Origin: Tubiluchus corallicola
Taxonomy: Eukaryota > Animalia > Priapulida
Reading direction: 5' to 3'
Assembly (NCBI GenBank): GCA_030141605.1
Contig: JAQGDQ010000503.1
Location: forward strand, 96,978 to 160,977
Length of the DNA stretch: 64,000 nucleotides
Each line of letters begins with the position of its first letter. Position 1 is the stretch's first letter. The notes under the pieces are model-generated. The model was not told where the DNA came from. It worked only from the letters and a program-made list of their open reading frames with translations, and made no database searches. The translations under genes and the position numbers were made by a program. Shown here piece by piece: positions 53,801 to 64,000 of the stretch.

Positions 53801-54015
53801 AGGATGTAAGAAAATCACTGGCATGCTGGAATTAAATTTTTTAGGAAACTTTCTGTTGTAGAGTCAGCTTGCCAGGGAATTGGTGAAACCAAAAAGGAGT
53901 TTAATTGTTTTCCTATATCAGTAGGAAGTTCTTCATCTGGCACGAGAATTGGCCGGATGAATACGATTTCTTAGTTGCCTTAAGGAAATTCAGTGATGGA
54001 AAATCTGAAACTTGT
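50808..54015 (+). pseudogene. Ankyrin plus cGLR-like pseudogene, right copy
   Basis: Ankyrin ORFs 51268..51603, 51665..52168 and 52175..52516. VGSSSSGTRIG-[frameshift]-PDEYDFLVAL at about 53920-53982. Confidence 0.75.
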
Positions 54016-54496
54016 AAATATAGAGTACTGTAGTGTGGCACACTTGGTGTATAGTGGTGTTACGTATGCTTGTCTAGGGCACACACACATTTGTCAGTCT
54101 TGAAGACCAACAATAATTTATAAGCGCAGATCCATGTGTACAATTAAGCCAAATTTAGCAAGTTATAGGGAGAGAGTGTGTTTGTTCATATGTAGGTGTG
54201 TATTGCCATAATGCTTTCCGCCAACACATTTGCTGTATCAAACGTCTGTTTTACAGGCTGTTAAAACTCAACATCAAATTATGTATGGCAGCTATTTATA
54301 GTTTTAATTTATCAGATTTGAACAAATAGGTTTATTGCCAATTTTTCACAAGTTTTCTAGGAATACATCGATGACCCCTCTTGTAGCTGCAACAGTTCGA
54401 CTGAGAGCCCCCGCCATTATTTTTGTGAGTGTTCAGACTATGACATACACAAAACACCATCATTGAATCAGCTTTGTTATTATCAGCACATAACTC

Positions 54497-55624
54497 ATGA
54501 GTGGAATTCTCCTCAAATTGTCGCAGAACTACACAAGGTCTACTAAACATTTGCTATGCATGTACTGGTGCGTAGATAATATGAAAAGGCACCCTGCCTT
54601 GGCTACAGGTATAATAGTTTATCTGTTTACCAGAAATCTCAACATAGAGTCTCAATTAGCAATAAATACTGGGGGCTTAATTGAGGACCCAGAGCATACT
54701 GTAATAGAGACAGCTGATTACTTTAAAACTGCTACCAAAGATGGCAAGGCAATGATTTACAATGCTTTATCCCTGCTGTTTTCAGAAGTTCCGGAGGAGA
54801 GAGAAAAAAGGTGGAAAAGGGTCAAAGCCGCCATTGCCTCTATGGGTTACGACCCTGACGAATGGAGTCTTGAAAGGACTGATGGCAAGTGTGGGCAGCA
54901 GTACAAGGATGGACATATGCAGCCCGCCAGAAAGGCCATCAAGAAGTATTTGTCTTTGACTGACGTCATCTGTGAAGAAGGGAAAGCCCTGGCAAACTAC
55001 ACTCTGGATATGATTGGCAAAAATGATCTCAAAGCTATTTTCTTCATAGAAAGCGCTTTCCAAGAGGTCCCAAAACTGTTCAACGCTAGATTGCTAGGAG
55101 AATCAGAAACAAGAGCATTTCTAAAAGCACTAGAGATAGCAGAAGATCGGAAGATGGCTACTGTTGAGAGAGATCCTGCTCTTCAGCATAAGAATTTCCC
55201 GATGATCCATGGGTTGACCATCTCTTTCCTAAAAGAACTTTTCTATCTTGGCTACTGCGGTCCATTCGGCCGACAAAATATTGATAATGCTTTTGGAGAT
55301 TTCTACAGAGACGTCCCTCTACCACCAACGATACAACGCAATAAGAGATCCATCAATGCTCTAGCTGTAGAGTTCAAGAAAAAATCCGAAGCAAAAGGGG
55401 ATGCGTATAGTGGGCGGTGGGGTTATTGGCAGTCTGACGGCAGCTTCCAAGATGATGGGGGCATCGACAAACAATTCTATGATGAAGAAGATCAGCCCTT
55501 TGATATGGAGGCCATGAAAGATCTAATTAAGACAATTAAGGCAAAAGGGGCAGGAAGAGATGGATCACAAGAGAAAGAAAGAAGAGACTCTGACGATTTC
55601 GATTATGCAAGTTATCGTAGATAA
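54497..55624 (+). CDS. Endogenous viral element: probable Mononegavirales-like nucleoprotein, 5'-truncated and fused in frame to a host-derived ATG
   Basis: Intronless 375-aa ORF with higher GC and purine content than its flanks. It looks mostly helical, has LQHKNFPMIHGL (compare the L...(N/S)FP.L motif of borna/nyami-like N) and ends in an acidic/basic tail. Bases 54565-55637 are absent from the left arm. Confidence 0.6.
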   Translation: MSGILLKLSQNYTRSTKHLLCMYWCVDNMKRHPALATGIIVYLFTRNLNIESQLAINTGGLIEDPEHTVIETADYFKTATKDGKAMIYNALSLLFSEVPEEREKRWKRVKAAIASMGYDPDEWSLERTDGKCGQQYKDGHMQPARKAIKKYLSLTDVICEEGKALANYTLDMIGKNDLKAIFFIESAFQEVPKLFNARLLGESETRAFLKALEIAEDRKMATVERDPALQHKNFPMIHGLTISFLKELFYLGYCGPFGRQNIDNAFGDFYRDVPLPPTIQRNKRSINALAVEFKKKSEAKGDAYSGRWGYWQSDGSFQDDGGIDKQFYDEEDQPFDMEAMKDLIKTIKAKGAGRDGSQEKERRDSDDFDYASYRR

Positions 55625-56260
55625 AATTTCTTCTTTCTAAATGTGATTGAATTGTAACCTATTCACAATTTTGGACTTTTGAATCAATTTTACTTCTGTA
55701 TAACTAATAGAATGATGTACATTCTAATGATGTTAAAACGAACAACCAATATGGAAAGAATTCCATAACTAAGCAAGCAATACAACTTAGGAATTCATTA
55801 CCGACATCACTAAAACACAGCAGCTCTTTATCAATATTCAAGTCTAAATTAAAAAACATTTAATGACTCGTTTTGAATATCCGACATACGAACACGATGA
55901 TACTTACTCAAATCATAATTTCCTTTTTCCTAGACCTTACTAAACTAGTTTATATTTATTTTTTGAATTTCTAGTTGCACTTATAGTTTAGCTTGCACCA
56001 GACGCATTTGTCCAGAACAGTGTATGTTTTTTATATGAACTAACACTGATTGTCTGTCTTTTAATATGATGGTCAATGTTTTATAAAATGGCAATTAAAG
56101 ATTTTACTACTACTACTACTACTAGCAGCATTTCGGTTTTGGATCTGGAAGAAAATGTCATACTGGCAACCCTGCTGGGAACGAGGTTGGTATTGTTTAT
56201 GGACAAGACGAACATTGTTTCGCCATTTTTCTGCCCTTTGTTCACCACCAAAACGGCACA

Positions 56261-56965
56261 ATGAGCCGTATCAAGCAGAAGTGGAAAGCTATTGAGCTCG
56301 TCACGAAAATCGAGATTATCGAAAAAATCCAGGCTGGTGCAAAACAAAGCAAAATTTGTGAAGAATACGGCCTAAATATAGTCCTCCCCGTGGAGTAGTC
56401 GCAACTGCTGAAGGACCAATGCCTCTTTCTTCTACCCGATCCTATCCTCGTAGAATACGCCTTCCTACCTCCCATTATGGAAACTTCGTTTATGATCCAG
56501 TAGTGGAAAACAAAGTAAAATTTGTGAAGAATACGGCCTAAATAAACAGACGGTATCCAGCATTTTCGCGTCTAAGGAGAAGCTGAAAGAAGCTTACGAA
56601 AAAAATCAAGTCACAGACAAATGGAAGAAATTGCGAACATCAGATATAGAGCCACTGGAGAAAGCTATGACTATCTGGTACATGCAAATGCGGTGTGTAA
56701 AGGCCTGCCGAGCGGAGGGAATATCTTACTCGCAGAGATGTCTGTACAAGAAAGAAACGTTTGGGACTTCATCGCCACTGAACTAAACTTATCGGAAACA
56801 ACGTTCGAGAAGTATGTGAGTTGTGATTCGGAGCTGGCTACCGACGAGAGAGATGATGATAGTGATGATGACGATCACCATATATTATGTTTTTCGCAGA
56901 GACACGTGACATCTCGGCATATCTTTGGCAAATTACATTATCGTCAGTTTCAACAACAATTTTAA
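56261..56965 (+). pseudogene. Tigger/CENP-B-like transposase remnant, right copy, interrupted by a ~130-bp foreign insert
   Basis: Mirror of 25195-25749. The insert at about 56378-56506 is flanked by a duplicated ~37-bp AAAACAAAG.AAAATTTGTGAAGAATACGGCCTAAAT. Confidence 0.75.
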
Positions 56966-57689
56966 TGGTGTAGAGTGCTGCTACTAATAAAAATTGTAAG
57001 AAATTTTAGCCAATTTGTAAACTAGTTGACAATTTTTCTGACAAGTAGAAACTGAGTTTTGCAAATCTCAGTTTGGAACGCTATTCAGTAAACTAAAATG
57101 CATTAGTGATTCATTACTTACTTTCGATTATGGATGCATTCGTTAATTTAGTTTGCATAACTAAAACATAACTAAAACTTTTGCATAACAATAAATAAGC
57201 ACTTATTTGCAGAAATAACATTCATGTGCAAGACACCGTCTACAAGCATCAATGCCATGCTGCCACAAACAATCCATCACCCACTGACAAATGAAGCACC
57301 AGTCAATTCTACATTGTTTGCAACTTTTTATATTTGAGAATAGCAGTGAAAACAAGCATATTTAGAACAATGATGATGAGTCCAATAATTATGAAGAATG
57401 TGCCGAAAAATGCTGCTGCGAGTACGAAAGTGTTGCTAGTTACACTCTGATTAGTGCCATTATTCATTTCAGTTCAAAAATGATTAACTGTTTCAACTGT
57501 TTCATTAGCAACAAGAACCTCTTTAGCAGAATACACGCATATATTACACAGAATGTATAGTTAACTGCTACATTGAGAGGCAGAAATTAAGCAATGTCCT
57601 TAGAGTGATTATTTTGAGAGATCGTAATGCACAAAGAAAAAAGGTTCAGTATAGCTAACATGTCCACTATGTTAAGATAATACGTTTCA

Positions 57690-58930
57690 GAAATGGAGCA
57701 ATGCTTATAGGCCAGCAGAACTCCTCTTGGCTGTGAACACCAATAACGGTGTAGAGCGGATGAACGAGGATCTGAAATATGGATTTCTCAGCAAGAGGCG
57801 GCAGTGCTCTTTAAGTGAACTGCTCGTTATTCCAATAAAACACTTTCTGCCAGCAAAATATCAGCGGTACTATTTTTTAAAAGTTCATCTACCATATCTG
57901 TTATTATTTTTCATTGCACAATAACAGAAAGTTACAGTTACATTTGTAAACAAACAGTTGAGATTATTAAAGTGGAATATTATTTTCTAACATAAATTCC
58001 TGATTTTCAGATTAGCAGCACCTTTCTGAGAGAGACAGGGTGACCAAATCAGGATATTAAATTTGTTTATTTTGTAATACGGTTGTTATTTGGCTTGGAG
58101 TAGCTTTTGCTAGTTTCTCAAGTATTCTTGTTTGTGTAGTCCTCTGAAGTTACAACGGTTAAAGTTGTATGTTATATATTGGTGAAGAAAATGTCTAAAT
58201 AAATTTGTCTAAAATATATTTGCAAACTGTATTTTTAATTCAGATCTCGTACATTTTCGCAGCTATGAGCAGATGAATGTGAAAAACTGTCACTTGTACA
58301 AAAGTTGGTCTGTGCAACTCCCATCCTGGCTGCAGAACAGGCCAAGAACAATTTTTGAGGATATGTGGGACAAAATGGAGAAAGTGAAGCCGTCACAGGT
58401 ACATGTATGGTATACTTGAATCAGAAATTACCAGCAATAATGGATTTCGGTTTATAAGTATTACATCACATTTCTTAGTGTTCGGCAATATATTGCAATA
58501 CATGATGTTGTTGATGTAATGTGCTTTCTGTACAGGTTAGCGATACAATAAACGTAGTTCCATATAAGTGAATCTTCAATAGGCACCATTTGCTGCTATA
58601 ATGCCTTGTATTTTCAGGTTAAGTACTTACTGTTTCATATTCTTAGGTAGCCTTAGTTACAGTAATTGGACATAAGACGTTCAATGTCTCCAGCGAACAA
58701 GATGCCTCCACTATTTATACCGTAAAATTTGGTAATGGTGATGAGTGCTGTTCTTGCTCTTGCCCTTCATTCCAACACTCGAGAATGCTGTGCAAGCATT
58801 TTTTCGCCGTCATCAAGGCAAATGTAGGTTTCGGTTGGGAGGACATTAGCAGCCTCTATAGGGAACACCCAGCTTCGGGAAGAGTTGGCGAGCTCGTTCA
58901 AGTTTTAAGCAAAGCGGTATCTCTCTGCAA
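57690..58930 (+). pseudogene. MULE-SWIM transposase remnant, right-arm copy lacking the upstream exons and the 405-bp LTR
   Basis: NTNNGVERMNEDLKYGFLSKRRQCSLSELL..FLP exon, WLQNRP exon and SWIM exon. Confidence 0.75.
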
Positions 58931-59076
58931 GTAAGTTATATAGATTGATGTTAGGTGATACAATTTTTTAGTGTCAATTGTTTGCAGTTCACTTTTATAA
59001 AACGTTTTGTTGCCCTTTTATTGGACACTAATATAGTTGGACTTAGTTTAAGAATTGCCGGAATTTCAATAATTCG

Positions 59077-60491
59077 TTGTATTGGTTGTGTGTATTGTAC
59101 GCTTCTTGCGTAGGGATATACTTAGAAAATAAGTTAGCACCAATTCTCTACATCCCTGCTGATATCACTTATTCAGATTTGAGAAGAGCAATCAAACACC
59201 TTAGTAGGGGTAGGATTAAACTCACCCAAGTGAACGAAACAATCAACTTGCCTCAACTATCTGAGTGAGACTACCTAGGATGGAACCAAGCACAAAAGCC
59301 AGAAGGAAAGGCCACTATTTACACCACATTGCTAGGCCGTTTGGAATAACCAGCACTAGTATAAACAAATTTCTAGAAGTATTAGGAAGTACTCACTTCG
59401 AACCAGGGGGTCTTGTGTGCCTAGCTGAAGGAGACGGATCAATTTTATCAGGGTTTTTGCATCTCATGAACCCATTGTATGTAGTTTATAATAGTTTAGT
59501 AGAAACCAATATGTCCCTTTTAGAGGACACTTTCAATTCTAAGCCTTTGAACACATTTTGTCGTCATTGTGTCGAATACTGGGAACAGATCCTATGGAAC
59601 AACCTTACTGACGGTGATCTATTTAACCCAAAGACAATCAATTCATTAAAACATCAGTTCAGACGAGGTGAAATCTCAGTGTTGACTTTTGATGCTGAAG
59701 TCATGAATCCGACATATTACTGTGATCTTGTCGAAGTTGCAATAGACCTCTGTTTTGAGTATAAACCTAAAAAGGTCCTACTCAAACTGATTGCAGAAAA
59801 TCTATCAGATAAAACAATATCTAGACTAACTCAACTAGGATTCCAATATGCCACATACTATATAATGAAACCATGGTCAAGTTCTCTAGAAAACACTGAA
59901 TGTATCTTTTACTGTGATAGGCTAGCCTGTGCAGACACTGTAAACATCACACCCGCCCAAGGAATAAATGACATCATTAATTTCTATTATGCAGGAAAAG
60001 AACCTCACAACTATACTGAGGTTATGCTGGAATTGCACTCTAGGTTGTCTGAAACTTACTCCAGCCTCCGATGTATACCATCAAGCACATGGATCATTGA
60101 TCCGATTGAAGAAGTTAGATTCAAAGAAATCTGGTTTGATGAAACTGACCCCTTGGGGACGTTTGCATTAAAAGGAATCGGATCATTACTCTATCCAGGG
60201 ACTAACTCCTATTTTCAGGCTATGTGGGTTTTTTATGTCTTAGTGAAGTCCAAAAAGCACAATTTCCACTACAATGTGAGAAATTGGAGATCATACTGTA
60301 GAAATCTTTGTGCAAGATGCAGACTGTTTGAAACAAAATGTATTTGTCACCAACCCAAATGGGTGGGGCATGGTTTAAGCGAACAAAATGAGGAGTGGCC
60401 CAATAGATATGGAAGAACTATCATTAGGACACTGACCCAAATGGCGCTCAAAAGACCAGGTGCCTTTGATAATATGTTGTCTTACTTATAA
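59077..60491 (+). pseudogene. L-protein EVE, copy 2, with a 112-bp frameshifting deletion
   Basis: Nearly identical to 20311..21837 but 112 bp shorter. The deletion joins CTGAG to TGAGACTACC at about 59265, leaving the MTase/CTD (59265..60491) open. Confidence 0.85.
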
Positions 60492-61028
60492 AAAAAATAA
60501 AAAAATAAAAATAAAAAAATAAAATAAAAATGAAGACTAAAATAACTCTATCACTTATGTTGAACTCTTGCAGAAATGGATCTCTGTTATAGTTGGCTTC
60601 ACGAACAATTAGGAAGAGACCACCCCTCTTGCCTCCGCCCCAGATAAATGCACATCAGCGCCACTAAACCTTCCCCAGAACTCCACTGATGCTGAAGTAT
60701 ATCTCCCAAACATTGAAGCTGAGGAGGAAGGGCTTTATCTTTTTAAAGGATTGTTCGTGAAGCCAACTATAACAGAGATCCATTTCCACAGAAACTCCAC
60801 ATGAACGCGATAATCCGTGGTTACCACGAAAGAAGCTTTGCTGGTATAACAGACTTCAGTAATAACCAGGGCGTCAAGGTAAGAAAAACTCCAAGTTAGA
60901 AAGATTCTTCTAAAAATAGGGGCTAACAAGAAAATAATGATCCTTTAACACTGTATCGCAGAAAGAATGAAACCTATCAGCCAATGTTGCTTTTTCTTCT
61001 TTTTTGACTTAGTAAATATCTAAAATAT

Positions 61029-61433
61029 TGTACTGCAGGGCTGTGATGAGATAGTGTAATACTGGCAGGGGAATACAGCAGACTTCTCAGGTGTGCGTGT
61101 GAACGTGGCTTTAACTAGCACATCGACTCTTATTCTGACTTTGTGTTAGTAGGAGCCACTAGTCACGTGCACACCTGAGCTTATAAAAAGGGTAGGTCTG
61201 CTGTAGATCCTGGTCAGTGGTCGTCTCACCTCAGCTCTGTTCACACTTCAGGCTTGCTCTATTCTACTCTGTTCGGTAAGCTATTTGGAATATTTTTTTG
61301 TAATAAATTGTCATTTTGATTTTATTATTCATTTTGGTTTTGGTTTGGCATTGACATGTTAGTTGAGACATGCCGCACGGTGTAGGCCGCGGTGCCATCC
61401 GTTCTGCCTCCATTGACAGCGGAGAGCAGTCCA
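61029..61433 (+). mobile_element. 405-bp solo LTR, copy 2
   Basis: ATAT-TGTACTGC...GCAGTCCA-ATAT. Confidence 0.85.
61164..61280 (+). promoter_or_regulatory. Putative Pol II promoter in the LTR: E-box, TATA box, Inr-like element and splice donor
   Basis: CACGTG 61164-61169, TATAAAA 61182-61188, TCAGT 61214-61218, GTAAG 61276-61280. Confidence 0.55.
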
Positions 61434-62295
61434 ATATATTTGCAAACTGTATTTTTAATTCAGATCTCATACATTTTCTAGCTATGAGCAGATGAATGTG
61501 AAGAGCTCTCACTTGTACAGAAGTTGGTCTGTGGAAGTCCCATCCTGGCTGCAGAACAGGCCAAGAACAATTTTTGAGGATATGTGGGACAAAATGGAGA
61601 AAGTGAAGCCGTCACAGGTACATGTATGGTATACTTGAATCAGAAATTACCAGCAATAATGGATTTCGGTTTATAAGTATTACATCACATTTCTTAGTGT
61701 TCGGCAATATATTGCAATACATGATGTTGTTGATGTAATGTGCTTTCTGTACAGGTTAGCGATACAATAAACGTAGTTCCATATAAGTGAATCTTCAATA
61801 GGCACCATTTGCTGCTATAATGCCTTGTATTTTCAGGTTAAGTACTTACTGTTTCATATTCTTAGGTAGCCTTAGTTACAGTAATTGGACATAAGACGTT
61901 CAATGTCTCCAGCGAACAAGATGCCTCCACTATTTATACCGTAAAATTTGGTAATGGTGATGAGTGCTGTTCTTGCTCTTGCCCTTCATTCCAACACTCG
62001 AGAATGCTGTGCAAGCATTTTTTCGCCGTCATCAAGGCAAATGTAGGTTTCGGTTGGGAGGACATTAGCAGCCTCTATAGGGAACACCCAGCTTCGGGAA
62101 GAGTTGGCGAGCTCGTTCAAGTTTTAAGCAAAGCGGTATCTCTCTGCAAGTAAGTTATATAGATTGATGTTAGGTGATACAATTTTTTAGTGTCAATTGT
62201 TTGCAGTTCACTTTTATAAAACGTTTTGTTGCCCTTTTATTGGACACTAATATAGTTGGACTTAGTTTAAGAATTGCCGGAATTTCAATAATTCG

Positions 62296-62952
62296 TTGTA
62301 TTGGTTGTGTGTATTGTACGCTTCTTGCGTAGGGATATACTTAGAAAATAAGTTAGCACCAATTCTCTACATCCCTGCTGATATCACTTATTCAGATTTG
62401 AGAAGAGCAATCAAACACCTTAGTAGGGGTAGGATTAAACTCACCCAAGTGAACGAAACAATCAACTTGCCTCAACTATCTGAGTTTCTATCTTCTAGGA
62501 TCATAGTTGCCCACAAGTTTGAAGATATCAAAAACATCAACATCAAGACCAGGCAAACAGCAACAACATCTAGAATCACACCGCCCATGGGTACGGTGAG
62601 ACTACCTAGGATGGAACCAAGCACAAAAGCCAGAAGGAAAGGCCACTATTTACACCACATTGCTAGGCCGTTTGGAATAACCAGCACTAGTATAAACAAA
62701 TTTCTAGAAGTATTAGGAAGTACTCACTTCGAACCAGGGGGTCTTGTGTGCCTAGCTGAAGGAGACGGATCAATTTTATCAGGGTTTTTGCATCTCATGA
62801 ACCCATTGTATGTAGTTTATAATAGTTTAGTAGAAACCAATATGTCCCTTTTAGAGGACACTTTCAATTCTAAGCCTTTGAACACATTTTGTCGTCATTG
62901 TGTCGAATACTGGGAACAGATCCTAAGGAACAACCTTACTGACGGTGATCTA
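62296..62952 (+). pseudogene. L-protein EVE, copy 3, truncated at a fold-back junction
   Basis: Matches copy 1 up to NLTDGDL. The rest of ORF 62296..63066 reads into inverted MULE intron sequence. Confidence 0.85.
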
Positions 62953-64000
62953 ATGAAGGTCCACTTATATGGAATACATTTGTGTATCGCTAACCTGTAC
63001 AGAAAGCACATTACATCAACAGCATCATGTATTGCAATACATGTTGCGAACACTAAGAAATGCTGATGTAATACTTATAAACAAATCCATTATTTGCTGG
63101 TAATTTCTGATTCAATTATACCGCACATGTACCTGTGACGGCTTCACTTTCTCCATTTGTCCCACATATCCTCAAGAATTTATTCTTGGCCTGTTCTGCA
63201 GAACAGGATGGGACTTCCACAGACCAACTTCTGTACAAGTGAGAGCTCTTCACATTCATCTGCTCATAGCTAGAAAATGTATGAGATCTGAATTAAAAAT
63301 ACAGTTTGCAAATATATTGGACTGCTCTCCGCTGTCAATGGAGGCAGAACGGATGGCACCGCGGCCTACACCGTGCGGCATGTCTCAACTAACATGTCAA
63401 TGCCAAACCAAAACCAAAATGAATAATAAAATCAAAATGACAATTTATTACAAAAAAATATTCCAAATAGCTTACCGAACAGAGTAGAATAGAGCAAGCC
63501 TGAAGTGTGAACAGAGCTGAGGTGAGACGACCACTGACCAGGATCTACAGCAGACCTACCCTTTTTATAAGCTCAGGTGTGCACGTGACTAGTGGCTCCT
63601 ACTAACACAAAGTCAGAATAAGAGTCGATGTGCTAGTTAAAGCCACGTTCACACGCACACCTGAGAAGTCTGCTGTATTCCCCTGCCAGTATTACACTAT
63701 CTCATCACAGCCCTGCAGTACAATATTTTAGATATTTACTAAGTCAAAAAAGAAGAAAAAGCAACATTGGCTGATAGGTTTCATTCTTTCTGCGATACAG
63801 TGTTAAAGGATCATTATTTTCTTGTTAGCCCCTATTTTTAGAAGAATCTTTCTAACTTGGAGTTTTTCTTACCTTGACGCCCTGGTTATTACTGAAGTCT
63901 GTTATACCAGCAAAGCTTCTTTCGTGGTAACCACGGATTATCGCGTTCATGTGGAGTTTCTGTGGAAATGGATCTCTGTTATAGTTGGCTTCACGAACAA
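62953..64000. repeat. Right arm of a second inverted repeat (reverse complement of about 60750-61797), running off the window end
   Basis: Contains the same novel junction (TAGATATTTACT-AAGTCAAAAAAG) seen inverted at 61001-61022. Confidence 0.88.
63318..63722 (-). mobile_element. 405-bp solo LTR, copy 3
   Basis: Matches 22700-23104, with ATAT flanks. Confidence 0.85.

Larger units (their letters stand above)
43014..61010. repeat. Right arm of the giant imperfect inverted duplication
   Basis: Begins CAGTCATTTTACTCATGTG (reverse complement of 39041-39059) and ends ...CTTTTTTGACTT (reverse complement of the sequence starting at 19792). Confidence 0.97.
61011..62952 (+). repeat. Additional copy of the LTR - MULE exons - L-EVE 5' block (reverse complement of about 21181-23120)
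   Basis: Sequence identity is visible directly. 61434-62952 is also a direct repeat of about 58214-59620. Confidence 0.9.

Noticed and set aside
19792-61010. Palindrome arms as the terminal inverted repeats of one giant transposon (Polinton/Foldback) or a linear virus
   Set aside because: The arms are a patchwork of unrelated decayed elements. The spacer encodes no polymerase, integrase or capsid, and no TSD is evident at the outer ends.
19792-61010. Simple single-read fold-back artefact for the large palindrome
   Set aside because: The arms differ by a 1073-bp insert, a ~1.1-kb piggyBac deletion, an LTR with a clean TSD and many substitutions. A haplotype mis-join is still possible and is listed as a refutation test.

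Overview
AT-rich eukaryotic (invertebrate animal-like) genomic DNA with no intact host gene. It is a dense mix of decayed transposons (P/THAP, hAT, DUF6729-type, MULE-SWIM, Tigger/CENP-B, piggyBac, CR1-type LINE, two kinds of solo LTR), minisatellites, an ankyrin + cGAS-like (cGLR/Mab-21) pseudogene and endogenous negative-strand RNA virus elements (EVEs). The EVEs are three copies of an L-protein methyltransferase/C-terminal fragment, one nucleoprotein-like gene and possibly two short fragments. The dominant structure is a ~41 kb imperfect palindrome: arm 19792-39059 is inverted at 43014-61010 around a ~4 kb spacer, which is mostly a 27/29-bp satellite expanded inside a solo LTR. A second, smaller fold-back follows at 60.75-64 kb. 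Almost every recognisable element from 1 to 38 kb lies on the minus strand, and the right arm mirrors this. The simplest functional reading (inference only) is a piRNA-cluster or hairpin-RNA locus that has captured viral mRNA fragments. Haplotype mis-joining or long-read fold-back artefacts must be excluded first. All protein-family calls come from motif recognition by eye, not from database searches.
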